Shown in pieces: positions 8,359 to 18,531 of a DNA stretch of 64,000 nucleotides. Made by a program: the position numbers and the translations under genes. Under the pieces are notes generated by a model. It was not told the DNA's origin. It searched no databases and worked only from the letters and a program-made list of their open reading frames with translations. Origin of the DNA: Minisyncoccota bacterium. Lineage in GTDB: Bacteria; Patescibacteriota; Minisyncoccia; Phycocordibacterales; UBA9973. Location: contig JAQULK010000001.1 in assembly GCA_028718635.1 (NCBI GenBank), forward strand, positions 24,626 through 88,625. Reading direction: 5' to 3'. The first letter of the stretch is position 1. Every line of letters starts with the position of its first letter.

Positions 8359-9726
8359 TTAATTAATTTTCTCTTTAATATAATTTTTTAAATCTACCAC
8401 TTTTATTCTCTCTTGTTTTGCTGTATCTCGATCGCGGACAGTCACAGTGTCGTCTTCCAAAGTATCAAAATCAACCACAATACAAAATGGCGTGCCGATT
8501 TCGTCTTGTCTTCTGTATCGCTTCCCGATGTTGCCATTGTCATCCCAAGCTACTCTTCCAAATTCTTCTTTAAGTAATGCATAAACTTTTGTATTCGCAT
8601 ATTCCACAAGCTCTGGCTTATTTTTTAATAATGGCGAAACAGCACAAATAACTGGCGCAATACTTGGTTTAAGCTTCAAAAATACTCTGACGTCTTTCTC
8701 ACTTGCCCCGTCGGAAGCTTCTTGCTTTCCTTCGGGGTCTTCTGTGTAAGCCGAGACGAGCAATGCCAAGAGCGCGCGCCCCACTCCGAAAGTCGGCTCT
8801 ATGACATGAGGAATAATTTTGGCGCCTTTTTCTTCATCCAAATAATCAAGCTTGTGGTTTTTTAAATCAAAATCTGTCCTATATGCAAGCCCGAAAAGCT
8901 CGCTTCTCCCGAAAGGAAAATCAAATTCAAAATCAATCGTCCGGCTGGAGTAATGCGCTCTGTCTTTTTTGGACACTTCCAATTCGTGGACTTTGTTCAT
9001 ATCGATCCCCACCTCTTCCATCCAATCAAGCATTTCATCTTTCCAATATTCAAAATATTTTTCCCAATCTTCACTCCTAATAAAATATTCTATCTCCATT
9101 TGTTCAAATTCACGGACTCGGAAGATAAAATCGCGGGGATTAATTTCATTTCTGAATGCTTTGCCTATTTGCGCCGTACCAAAAGGAAGTTTGGGATGGA
9201 AAGCATCCACGGTATTTTTGAAATTTACAAACATTCCTTGCGCTGTCTCCGGTCGAAGATAGGAAATTGAGGAAGAATCATCAGCCGCGCCGACTTTCGT
9301 CTGAAACATCATATTGAATTTTTTTTCTTCTCCTAATTTTCCCTTACATTCGGCACATTTTATTTTGTCTTCAATTTGATCGGCTCGGAATTTTTTTCGG
9401 CATTTCTCGCACTCCACCATCGGGTCCGCAAAACCCGCCACGTGGCCAGAGGCTTGCCAGACTTCTTGACGCATCAAGATGGATGCATCAATGCCGTACA
9501 TATCACGGCGAGAATCCACAAATTTTTTCCACCAATTTTGGGTAATATTATTTTTCAAAGCCACTCCAAAATGCCCGAAGTCCCAAGTGCCTCCTAGACC
9601 GCCATAAATTTCTGAACCCTGAAAAATAAACCCTCGTCTTTTACAGAGCGAGACTATTTTTTCCATCAGATTATTCTTTTCTTCCTGCCTGCCGGCAGGC
9701 AGGTCTTTTTTGTTTTCTTCTTTCAT
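8359..9726 (-). CDS. glyQS: Glycine--tRNA ligase (alpha2 type)
   Basis: LRPETAQG, FRNEI.PR..IFR.REFEQME, IGKRYRRQDEIGTP. Confidence 0.97.
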   Translation of the reverse strand: MKEENKKDLPAGRQEEKNNLMEKIVSLCKRRGFIFQGSEIYGGLGGTWDFGHFGVALKNNITQNWWKKFVDSRRDMYGIDASILMRQEVWQASGHVAGFADPMVECEKCRKKFRADQIEDKIKCAECKGKLGEEKKFNMMFQTKVGAADDSSSISYLRPETAQGMFVNFKNTVDAFHPKLPFGTAQIGKAFRNEINPRDFIFRVREFEQMEIEYFIRSEDWEKYFEYWKDEMLDWMEEVGIDMNKVHELEVSKKDRAHYSSRTIDFEFDFPFGRSELFGLAYRTDFDLKNHKLDYLDEEKGAKIIPHVIEPTFGVGRALLALLVSAYTEDPEGKQEASDGASEKDVRVFLKLKPSIAPVICAVSPLLKNKPELVEYANTKVYALLKEEFGRVAWDDNGNIGKRYRRQDEIGTPFCIVVDFDTLEDDTVTVRDRDTAKQERIKVVDLKNYIKEKIN

Positions 9727-9738
9727 ATATTCGATTTA

Positions 9739-11670
9739 TTACTTTACGACGACCCCCCCGCCTGCGGGAAAGGCCACATCATTATCGAGTCGGGTGTTAA
9801 GGCCGGCTTTGCTTACTTTAATATCTACATTAGCAAAATCATCATGACCCGTCAAAACTGCTTCATTTATAATGAGTGGAATTGTATCGACTTGAGAAAG
9901 CGAGGGTTTAAAAGAAACTTGGAAAGAGACGCTGCGGGCAGGTTCTGTAATTCCAGAACCTTTAGGTATTCTATCTACGTTCCAAGTAATTTCTCTTGTA
10001 GAATCATTGTATGTCAGATCCTCTCCAGTTGGAGAAATTGGTCCAACAAAAGTCGTCCATGAAGGCAGGGTGGCTTTTACCTGCGCTTTTGAAATACTAT
10101 TAGCGGTATTGGAAAGCGTCCAAACGACAGTGTAAGTAGTAGACTGTTCGGCTTTCGGAGGTATCGGACCAGTGTTGGTAAAAGGTCCCGAATAATAAAG
10201 CGCTTTTCCGGAAAAACCTACATCCGAAATAATGTGCACAACCGCTCCGCTCGAATTATCAAGTTCATTTACGGCAGAACCTTCGGTGGCTTGATTGCCG
10301 GAGATGCTTATATCTATGTTAATAGTTGGATTTGCTAATATTCCATTAGATGCAGAAAACAAAGAAAGCGGAGAAATAGAAAAGGAGACAGAACCAGAAT
10401 CTCCCGGGTTCAATTCCTTTAATTGACTTTGAGAATTTTTATCCCAAGTAATAGTATCTTTAGATGAATCATAAAAACCTCGCTGCGTATTTACAGTGCT
10501 GCGATTAAAAGCATTTCCAGAAATCTTTGCTTTTATTTGCAAGTCATTCACTTTTGTATCTAAATTATTTAAATAACGAATTTCTGCCTTGATTGGCGTC
10601 TTTGTATCTACCGCATATTCTGTCTGGGATACGCCATTAATAAAAATATTCGCTTCAATAAAGGGTTTCTTAATCATCACAATATTCTTTATAGAATTTA
10701 AAACAACATCAATGACAGATTTGTCTGTACTGGATTGCGAACCGCTTGAAATATTAAAAGTTTTCTCTTCCCCGTCGAAAACGCCGACCATTTTCCCAGT
10801 GATAGTAATATCGTGCTCTGCTCCGGGCGCAAGATCACCCAAGTCCCAAACATTGTTGCCAAAAGAGGGTGCGGGCGTAGAATTTCCAAAAACAAATCCG
10901 AAAGGATAATCAGCTTTAACGAGTATATTAGAAATTGTTTTAGTAGCGTTTAGCGTAGCTTTGACATTCAGTGTAATGTCTTGATTGGGGCTGATCGAAA
11001 GAGGAGCATCTACTCCCAGATTTATCGGAGTGGAAGTTATATTCACTTTGAAATCTTTTTCTTTTACAAAAATGGCATTGGAGCCCGCTACTCTATACTC
11101 AAGACTTATTTTTATCGGGCGAATGCTTCCCTGTTCTCCAAAAAGAACTAATTTTACATTTTCATTGCGAGCCGCTCCAGCTGGAATCTCTCCGAGCGAA
11201 GTGCGAAAATGCTCGGCATCAGAAGACAGATCAATGTCTCCTCCTTTGGGATATTCCATAACAAGATCTGCTAATTCTAGTGCAGTAGTGTTTCTGTTTA
11301 CAATTCCTACAACTAGAGAAAGTTCTTCACCCCCGGCTGTAAAATTATTTCCTAGAATGGAAATATCTATATTGTTGTTGGAAACGGTGTTCCCCCCAAC
11401 AAAAAATACATAACCGGCATAACCCAAGGTTAAAACAAAAAAAACTATTGAAAAAATAAAAAATTTCTTAAATCTGGATGTTTTCATAAAAAACTTATTT
11501 TCGTCTTCAGATTCAATTTCTTCTTTTGTTTCCCAAGAATCTGACGCTTCATTTTTATATAAGTTGGAAAACACATCTCGATGCTCTATTTTAGTCTGAT
11601 AATTCTTGCTAAAAAGCTTGCTTTTTAAGTCTTCAATCTTATTGAGCTTTTTCATGTCATCTAATGGCAT
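9739..11670 (-). CDS. Membrane-anchored protein with repeated Ig-like/DUF11-like domains
   Basis: Single N-terminal TM then beta-rich repeats (WDLGDLAPG, ITWD, ITWN). Confidence 0.7.
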   Translation of the reverse strand: MPLDDMKKLNKIEDLKSKLFSKNYQTKIEHRDVFSNLYKNEASDSWETKEEIESEDENKFFMKTSRFKKFFIFSIVFFVLTLGYAGYVFFVGGNTVSNNNIDISILGNNFTAGGEELSLVVGIVNRNTTALELADLVMEYPKGGDIDLSSDAEHFRTSLGEIPAGAARNENVKLVLFGEQGSIRPIKISLEYRVAGSNAIFVKEKDFKVNITSTPINLGVDAPLSISPNQDITLNVKATLNATKTISNILVKADYPFGFVFGNSTPAPSFGNNVWDLGDLAPGAEHDITITGKMVGVFDGEEKTFNISSGSQSSTDKSVIDVVLNSIKNIVMIKKPFIEANIFINGVSQTEYAVDTKTPIKAEIRYLNNLDTKVNDLQIKAKISGNAFNRSTVNTQRGFYDSSKDTITWDKNSQSQLKELNPGDSGSVSFSISPLSLFSASNGILANPTINIDISISGNQATEGSAVNELDNSSGAVVHIISDVGFSGKALYYSGPFTNTGPIPPKAEQSTTYTVVWTLSNTANSISKAQVKATLPSWTTFVGPISPTGEDLTYNDSTREITWNVDRIPKGSGITEPARSVSFQVSFKPSLSQVDTIPLIINEAVLTGHDDFANVDIKVSKAGLNTRLDNDVAFPAGGGVVVK

Positions 11671-11691
11671 ATATTGGATTGTAACATTTTT

Positions 11692-12270
11692 TTACAAATG
11701 AGTCTCCTTGAGAGCTTTGTTTATTTGATGCAATACCTCAGGTCTTGATTTGGAAATTTCAAACACTAAATTTTCTTCAAATGGAGATTTGATAAGGTTT
11801 TGCAACACTTCATTTTCTCCGATGTATCCCAAATTGTTGAGGATGCGCAAAACAATAATAGCTTCGAGGTTTCTTAGGTCATTAGTTCCTGCTTTTTCTA
11901 AAACAGAAAGTCCATTTATCAAATCGGCAAACAAAGCTTCATTGGGCTCGATGCCGGCAAGCAATCTTCTTAATAAGGAAGCAATATTGGAAAAAACTTC
12001 AAAAGTTTTAGGATTTTTGGTAAGGTGTTCTAAGGCATTTGTTTTTGAAGCGCTGGTGACTCTCCAGAAATTCAACCCTTGCACAAGGTCAATTTTTACA
12101 TAAGCAAAATCTTGCAAAACGAAACGTAGTTTGGAAGATATTTTCCTCACGCCTTGAGCCGTGGCATATATCATGCCTAGATCGCGAGTAAAAATATAAT
12201 AATACCTCCCCGCTTCGCCAGAATTTTTGCTACCTAATATTATCCCCTCCGTGTGATAAATGTGATGCAT
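11692..12270 (-). CDS. recO: DNA repair protein RecO
   Basis: TEGIILG..N.GEA....IFTRDLG.I.A.AQGVRK..SKL. Confidence 0.85.
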   Translation of the reverse strand: MHHIYHTEGIILGSKNSGEAGRYYYIFTRDLGMIYATAQGVRKISSKLRFVLQDFAYVKIDLVQGLNFWRVTSASKTNALEHLTKNPKTFEVFSNIASLLRRLLAGIEPNEALFADLINGLSVLEKAGTNDLRNLEAIIVLRILNNLGYIGENEVLQNLIKSPFEENLVFEISKSRPEVLHQINKALKETHL

Positions 12271-12911
12271 TAAAATTCCTCTTCGTTATTTTTTTCAAAA
12301 TTTTTGAATGCTATATTGGCTACGCTTATTAAATATATTTCTGGAACTCTGTGTGAACTGCCAAAATGGTTTAGCATCCCGTCGTGCACAGGAAAACATA
12401 CTTTTGGATTTATGCTTAAAGCATAATTAACGGCATTCTTGATATTAGCCCAAGGGCCCGCCACAGGCAATGCCAAAATCTCAACCGGTTTGCCAGGATT
12501 GCAAAAAGAATCTCCGGGATAAAAGAATCTTTTATCAATAAAATATCCCGTATTTAATACCTGCCCAAAATCCTGATAAATCTCTTCGTGTTTGCAATCG
12601 CAAGCTTCTATTTCTACCCCGGAAAAATCTTTTAAGGTTTTATCTTTCAAGACTTCATATTTAATTCCCGCTTTTTTCAATAATTTTCCAACTCCGTCAT
12701 TTGTAATAATAATAACATTTGGATTATTTTTTATAATTTCTTTCAATGATTCAACATGGATGTGATCTCCATGTTCGTGAGTTATTAAAATTAAATCTAC
12801 ATTTTTCTCTTGCATGTGCTCTTTTTCGGTATAAAAACCCGGATCAGTCATTATCTTTTTGCCATTCGTCTCTACCACCAAGCAACAATGCCCAAGTTTT
12901 TTGATTTTCAT
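12270..12911 (-). CDS. MBL-fold metallo-hydrolase
   Basis: GHCC, TDPG, THEHGDH, PGDS, PVH. Confidence 0.9.
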   Translation of the reverse strand: MKIKKLGHCCLVVETNGKKIMTDPGFYTEKEHMQEKNVDLILITHEHGDHIHVESLKEIIKNNPNVIIITNDGVGKLLKKAGIKYEVLKDKTLKDFSGVEIEACDCKHEEIYQDFGQVLNTGYFIDKRFFYPGDSFCNPGKPVEILALPVAGPWANIKNAVNYALSINPKVCFPVHDGMLNHFGSSHRVPEIYLISVANIAFKNFEKNNEEEF

Positions 12912-15900
12912 TTATTTATTTTATCAATTCTTACCTTAAAATACAATTCATCGATTTTTACCTCTTCCCCGTCATTTTCTTTTAACTGAATTTCCTTTGC
13001 AATTACAGCTTTTTTCAACTTTTCCTCAAAATTTTGGATGAATTTTTTACCAATATCTGAAGTTTGAACAATAAGCCTGATAAATTCACTAGGAGTTAAT
13101 CCTTTCTTCTTTCTAAAATCTTGAATTGCTCGCACAAGCTCTCGATAATCCCCCTCTTGTTTCAACTCTGAAGTGATGTTTATATCAAGCTCTACTTCGT
13201 TCTCTATATTTTTATTTTCTATAACTTCTTTTACATTTAATTCATCCTTTATAAGTTCAACATATTCTTGGTCTAAATTAAAATCTTTAATTTCTAATTT
13301 GCTAAGCGGTTGACGAACTTTTATCCCTGCTTTTTGTCTCGCCTCCAGACCTTGAGTTACAATTCTTCTTGTAATTTGCATATTTTTTACAACTTCGGGT
13401 TGAAAACTAAGTTCAGAAACAACAGGCCACTCTGCCAAATGCACGCTTCCTCCATCGCCTTCTGTTTTTAATTTCAACCAAATATCTTCGGCTGTGAATG
13501 GCGCAAAAGGTGCTAAAATTTTAACAAGAGTTTCTAATATATAATACAAAGTTTGCCTTGCCTCTTTGTCTCCATTCTTAATTCTTTCTCGTGAACGACG
13601 CAAGTACCAAGTAGAAAGATCTCCGATAAAATCTTTAATTGCTCTCACTGGTTCGAGCAATTTGTAATCGTCCATCTTTTTTGTAGATTCACTAATCAAT
13701 TCATCCAACCGCGCCAAAATCCAAATATCAAGAACGTTAGACCTCACCCCCTCGCCCCTCTCCTTATTAAGGAGAGGGGTTGGGGAGAGGTGAATTGTCT
13801 CTAAGTCTTTATCTCTATACAGTTCATAAAACGCCAGCACATTGTAAAGCAACCCAAAAACCTGGCTGTAAAGCAGGGCAACTGTCTTCTCATCAAAGTT
13901 TTTTGATTCCCCTGGCTGGTTTACTGAATACATCCAAAGACGCAAGGTGTCCACTCCGTATTTTTCTATCATTTCCCAAGGATCAACAATATTACCGAGG
14001 GATTTAGACATTTTTTTACCAACAGCATCCATCAAATGTCCGAGACAAATTACATTTTTGTATGCCTTTCCTCTCCCCATAAGGATACCAACAGCGTGTA
14101 AAGTATAAAACCATCCGCGAGTCTGGTCTATCGCTTCTGAAATAAAATCTGCGGGGTATAAAATCTTGGTCTCCTTAAATGGGTAATTATCTTGCGCAAA
14201 TGGCATACATCCGGAATCAAACCAGACATCCATCACCTCGCGAGTGCGTATCAGTTTGCCACCACATGCTTGCCCTGAGCCCACCCGATGGGCACAAATT
14301 AAATTTACTTCATCAATATATGGCTTGTGTAAATCAAGTTCAAAGTCTGCATTGTGAGGAAATGGAACAAATGGCAGCTCGCGAACTTCGGCATTATTAA
14401 ATTGCCTAAATTCTTTCACAAATGCTTCTGTGTTTGGAAAATGATAAGGCTTGTCATCAGGAGTAAACAATCCGGCGTTTACAAATAAAAGCCATGCGGG
14501 TCCACCATGTGTCACAATTATGATATTTTTATTTTTGTATTTATTTTCAAGCTCGCATAATACTGCTCCAGTACGACACGCTACCTCCGCAAAAGATTCC
14601 CCATTTGGAATTTTATGATGGAACCATCCATTGCTAATCGAAAGAACATATTTATGATATTCACTCCATAACTTTCCATCAAAATCCCCAGGGTTAAATT
14701 CCTGCAATCTATCATCAAAAATTATTTGTTCATCCTTGAGATGAAGTTTTTCGTTCAAAATATTTACTGTTTGTCTTGTGCGAGTAAAAGGAGACGAAAT
14801 AATTAAATCAATTTTTTCACTAAGAATTTTTTTAGCAACCTCTGTTACTTGTTTCTGACCTTCTGGACTCAAACTGTCATCAATTTGGTTCTTGAAACTT
14901 ACGAGACCAGCCAAGTTAGCTTCAGTTCCACCATGCCGCATCACAAAATATTTATTCCCAGACTTTTTGGTTTTATTTTTTAAGTCTTCAATGCTTCCGA
15001 TGACATCCACTCTTTTACAGGATTCGCAAATCCAAACTGGCAGGGGTGTTCCCCAATACCGCTCGCGAGAGATCGCCCAATCTTTAATTTCACGAAGCCA
15101 TTCTCCAAAACGACCATCCCGAATATGCGCCGGTTCCCAGTTTATTTCTTTATTCTCAGCTATCATTTTTTCTTTTATTTTTGGATCAGAGACTTTTATA
15201 TACCAAGAATCCCGGGCATAATAAATAAGCGCCGTATGGCAGCGCCAACAATGCGGATAGGAATGTTCATATTTTTCTTTTTTTAATAAAAGCCCACGAT
15301 GCGCTAAATCTTTTATCACATCCACAGCCACATCTTCGTCGCGTACAAATCTGCCTTCAAATATTCCTGTACCCGGTAAAAATTTTCCGTCTAGACCGAC
15401 GAGATGGTGCTTCGGCAAACCAACCTTCGTGCCAAGTTCAAAATCATCCTGCCCATACATCACTGCCGTATGCACTACTCCAGTACCGTCTGCGGTCGTC
15501 ACAAAATCCGCTCCGTAAACCTTAAAGGCTTTTTCTAATTTAGGTTTTTCATTTTCAGAAATTGTGTCCTTTAAATATGGATATAATGACTCATATTCAA
15601 GACCAATTAAATCTTTACCTTTTATCTCCTTGAGTATCTTGTATTCTCCATCTATTACGGAAAGTCTTTCTTTGGCCAAAATTAAAAATTCTTTTTCTAT
15701 TTCTATTTTTACATAATCAATATCTTCCCCCACAGCCAAAGCCACATTCCCCGGCAAAGTCCATGGAGTAGTGGTCCAAGCGAGAATGTAGGTGTTGGCG
15801 GAAATGTTACTTTTGCGGGGTGTCTCGCAGGCTGACGAGCCGAGAGGCAGCGCTCCGTCAGCAGACGGAGACAGCGACCCTGCAGAAGTAATGTTTCCGC

Positions 15901-16546
15901 TTAACACTCTAAACTTCACATACACCGATAAATCTTTTACATCTTCATATCCCTGCGCCAGCTCGTGCGAAGACAAAGCTGTTCCACAACGCGGACACCA
16001 AGGCACAACTTTATAATCTTTATAAAGTAAATTCTGTTTATTTATTTCTTTAACAACATTCCAAACAGATTCGATATATTCATTGTGATACGTCACATAT
16101 GGATGCTCTTGATCCACCCAATATCCGATGCGATGAGTAAATTTATTCCAAACATCCAAATATTCCCAAACGCTTTCTTTGCATTCTTGATTGAATTTGG
16201 CAACTCCATATTCTTCAATCGCTTTCTTAGAATTCAACCCAAGTTTTTTTTCTACTTGAAGTTCTACTGGCAACCCGTGGGTGTCCCATCCGCCTTTTCT
16301 CCGCACATGAAAACCTTGCATAGTTTTGTATCTGGGAATTGCGTCCTTGAATGCTCTAGCTTCCAGATGATGAATGCCTGGCTTGCCATTGGCCGTCGGC
16401 GGACCTTCAAAAAAAACAAATTCTCCTTGAGGCGACTTTTTTGCCAGAGATTTCTCAAAAGTTTTATTTTCTTTCCAAAACTCCAAAATCTTCTCTTCGC
16501 GCAAAGCTGATTCGCTTTTTTTATTTTGTATATTTTTTTCTTCCAT
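12908..16546 (-). CDS. ileS: Isoleucine--tRNA ligase (type 2) with inserted histidine-phosphatase domain
   Basis: GPPTANG, GWDTHGLPVE, WTTTPWTLP, DWAISRERYWG, KMSKS; RHG domain inserted; start MEEKN at 16546. Confidence 0.96.
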   Translation of the reverse strand: MEEKNIQNKKSESALREEKILEFWKENKTFEKSLAKKSPQGEFVFFEGPPTANGKPGIHHLEARAFKDAIPRYKTMQGFHVRRKGGWDTHGLPVELQVEKKLGLNSKKAIEEYGVAKFNQECKESVWEYLDVWNKFTHRIGYWVDQEHPYVTYHNEYIESVWNVVKEINKQNLLYKDYKVVPWCPRCGTALSSHELAQGYEDVKDLSVYVKFRVLSGNITSAGSLSPSADGALPLGSSACETPRKSNISANTYILAWTTTPWTLPGNVALAVGEDIDYVKIEIEKEFLILAKERLSVIDGEYKILKEIKGKDLIGLEYESLYPYLKDTISENEKPKLEKAFKVYGADFVTTADGTGVVHTAVMYGQDDFELGTKVGLPKHHLVGLDGKFLPGTGIFEGRFVRDEDVAVDVIKDLAHRGLLLKKEKYEHSYPHCWRCHTALIYYARDSWYIKVSDPKIKEKMIAENKEINWEPAHIRDGRFGEWLREIKDWAISRERYWGTPLPVWICESCKRVDVIGSIEDLKNKTKKSGNKYFVMRHGGTEANLAGLVSFKNQIDDSLSPEGQKQVTEVAKKILSEKIDLIISSPFTRTRQTVNILNEKLHLKDEQIIFDDRLQEFNPGDFDGKLWSEYHKYVLSISNGWFHHKIPNGESFAEVACRTGAVLCELENKYKNKNIIIVTHGGPAWLLFVNAGLFTPDDKPYHFPNTEAFVKEFRQFNNAEVRELPFVPFPHNADFELDLHKPYIDEVNLICAHRVGSGQACGGKLIRTREVMDVWFDSGCMPFAQDNYPFKETKILYPADFISEAIDQTRGWFYTLHAVGILMGRGKAYKNVICLGHLMDAVGKKMSKSLGNIVDPWEMIEKYGVDTLRLWMYSVNQPGESKNFDEKTVALLYSQVFGLLYNVLAFYELYRDKDLETIHLSPTPLLNKERGEGVRSNVLDIWILARLDELISESTKKMDDYKLLEPVRAIKDFIGDLSTWYLRRSRERIKNGDKEARQTLYYILETLVKILAPFAPFTAEDIWLKLKTEGDGGSVHLAEWPVVSELSFQPEVVKNMQITRRIVTQGLEARQKAGIKVRQPLSKLEIKDFNLDQEYVELIKDELNVKEVIENKNIENEVELDINITSELKQEGDYRELVRAIQDFRKKKGLTPSEFIRLIVQTSDIGKKFIQNFEEKLKKAVIAKEIQLKENDGEEVKIDELYFKVRIDKINK
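15798..15900. repeat. Long-stem hairpin inserted in-frame in ileS
   Basis: gcggaaatgttacttttgcgggg / ccctgcagaagtaatgtttccgc IR around GC core; encodes ~34 aa insert. Confidence 0.8.
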
Positions 16547-16555
16547 AATTTTGTA

Positions 16556-16743
16556 TTTTAAAAAATAAAACCCGTCCTCATGCAAATAAAAATAATTGCA
16601 CAAGGACGGGCTTCGCCGTGGTACCACCTTGCTTTTTACCCGCCTTTGGCGGGGCTTCTCATTTAAAGGGTTCTACTTTATTGCTAGGTCTTGCCTAGCA
16701 ATATTTCTTCCCAAAGCTCCGAGGCGATACCCTCTTCAACGCT
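16556..16743 (-). promoter_or_regulatory. T-box riboswitch (Ile) with terminator
   Basis: Sense AAGGTGGTACCACGG T-box; ATC in short stem I loop; AGTA/GAA S-turn; terminator CCCGTCCT..AGGACGGG-TTTT. Confidence 0.85.
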
Positions 16744-16775
16744 TACTATTACAATATAACATAAAATACAAAAAT

Positions 16776-17375
16776 TTAAAGCAATTCTTCATTTATTTCA
16801 AGAAATTCTTTTTTATCTTTTTTTCTTAGAAGTTCCAATCGCTCCGGATTTATTTTCCCTTCCAAAAACCCTAGCTTATGACTTAATTCCTCTGTTTCAA
16901 AGGTTATGTTTTTACTTAAAAGATCGATATATCTACACAAAAAATTAAACTCGGTTTTAATAATTTCTTTATCTGAATCCGTCAGTTCCTTTCTCCTCTT
17001 CACCCTCTCTACCCGACCTAAAATTGTCACGTCTTGACTAAACAAAATATCTTTTACGCTACTATTTGGTATTATTTTTTTACTTCCTAATTTTTCTGTA
17101 TACGCCCATATTTTATTAGCAAGACTAACACTAGCTCCATCTTCGCCGACAGCTTCATCTATTATTTTATAATTTTCTGGAAGACTTAATTTTCCAACCA
17201 TTTCATCTAAAAATCCCATCATTTTAGATTTTTCTGTGCTATTCTCGAGCATTTCTTTATGTAATGATTTTTCAGGAGAACGATCAAGATTTCTTTGTCC
17301 GCCAAGATTAAACTCTGGATTTTTTGATTTTCCAATATGTCCGCTACTTTCTATGTTTTGTCCGAAATTTTTCAT
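16776..17375 (-). CDS. Hypothetical protein
   Basis: 199 aa ORF, K/E-rich, no recognised motif. Confidence 0.6.
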   Translation of the reverse strand: MKNFGQNIESSGHIGKSKNPEFNLGGQRNLDRSPEKSLHKEMLENSTEKSKMMGFLDEMVGKLSLPENYKIIDEAVGEDGASVSLANKIWAYTEKLGSKKIIPNSSVKDILFSQDVTILGRVERVKRRKELTDSDKEIIKTEFNFLCRYIDLLSKNITFETEELSHKLGFLEGKINPERLELLRKKDKKEFLEINEELL

Positions 17376-17591
17376 AAATTTTTACCACGATTTTTATTAA
17401 AAAACTTATAAAAAGTGTAGCATAAACCACCTCAACGGCTCAAGTTGCGGGAATTGAGCCGTTCCTGTTTAAATTGCCTTTATCAAAGCCTTGCTTTGGC
17501 GAAAACCTAATTACCATAGCAAAGACTTTTTTGGTAAGAATTAGAAATAAGTTTACACCAGCTCGTATCACCTTTATTTGCACCCATATTT

Positions 17592-18057
17592 CTATTTTTT
17601 AAATAAATAACTCCAAGCAATGAAACTGATAATGGCAACAAGGACTATGGGTGTTATGGCTAAGAACAACAAACCGAAGTTGACATTGAAAAAGAATCCA
17701 CTAGAGTCATCCCAAGTTAGTAACATTAAAAAAATTCCGATGGAAGCAATTATTATTAAGATTTTAATATAAAGATGACGCTTTGCTTTGTCTCTAAATA
17801 GTAAAAAAACAGATAAAAGAAATGAAATACTTGAAAAAAATATCGTTAAAACCAAGCCCCATTTTTGGTAAGGGGCAATACAACTACTAAAAGTTGAAAA
17901 GAAAAGTTTTTCGCTACATATATACCTATAAAAAAAAAGAATGTTCTAAAAAATATGTAAACAACCCAAGAATTGCAGAAATAATAGAAACTAAAGCTAT
18001 ATTCCTTGGTTTAAAACTTAGAAACTTTTCTTTTATATAAAAAAGAATGTTCATCAT
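17592..18057 (-). pseudogene. Frameshifted ~154 aa 4-TM membrane protein (poly-T9 slip)
   Basis: ATG at 18057 reads to a T9 run at 17930-17938 then TAG; removing one T joins ORF 17592..17855. Confidence 0.75.
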
Positions 18058-18476
18058 TTACTTTCTTTACTAAGAGATTTATAAATAATTAGAATAAGAG
18101 AAAATACAAAATATGCAATAGAAATTCCAAAAGCTATAATATCTTTTTCAAAATTAAAAAATTCATCTCCCCAATACCAAGGCATAAATATTATATTTAA
18201 CAAATAAACAAATAAATAAACAAATAAAGTTTTTTTCCAAGTTTCAAACATATGCTGTCTTTTGACAAAAGACATTATTATGATAGGAATTAAAATTGTA
18301 ACTCCAACTAAAAATAACAATACAGCATATTGAGCAATATCAATACATAAAAAACAACGAGAGTCATATATGGCATAAAAAACTTTTCTTGGTACTAAAA
18401 TTGAAAATCCAATAGTTCCAACTAAACTAAAAACCAATAATTTCTTTAATGTAAACCACTCTAAAAATTTATTCAT
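18054..18476 (-). CDS. Small 4-TM membrane protein
   Basis: Hydrophobic; Cys pair after TM1 and F..WKK motif shared with 37237..37638. Confidence 0.75.
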   Translation of the reverse strand: MNKFLEWFTLKKLLVFSLVGTIGFSILVPRKVFYAIYDSRCFLCIDIAQYAVLLFLVGVTILIPIIIMSFVKRQHMFETWKKTLFVYLFVYLLNIIFMPWYWGDEFFNFEKDIIAFGISIAYFVFSLILIIYKSLSKESK

Positions 18477-18531
18477 AATTTATTTAAAAATATATTAAAA
18501 ACCTTAATACGACACATTAAGGTCATCCTCG

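Noticed and set aside
15798-15900. Self-splicing intron or intein in ileS/recJ
   Set aside because: Too short, and no group I/II core or intein C..HN motifs; treated as hairpin inserts.
16547-16627. Longer ileS start at 16627
   Set aside because: Lies within the T-box antiterminator/terminator.
16596-16829. 77-aa plus-strand ORF
   Set aside because: Antisense to the T-box; no coding features.
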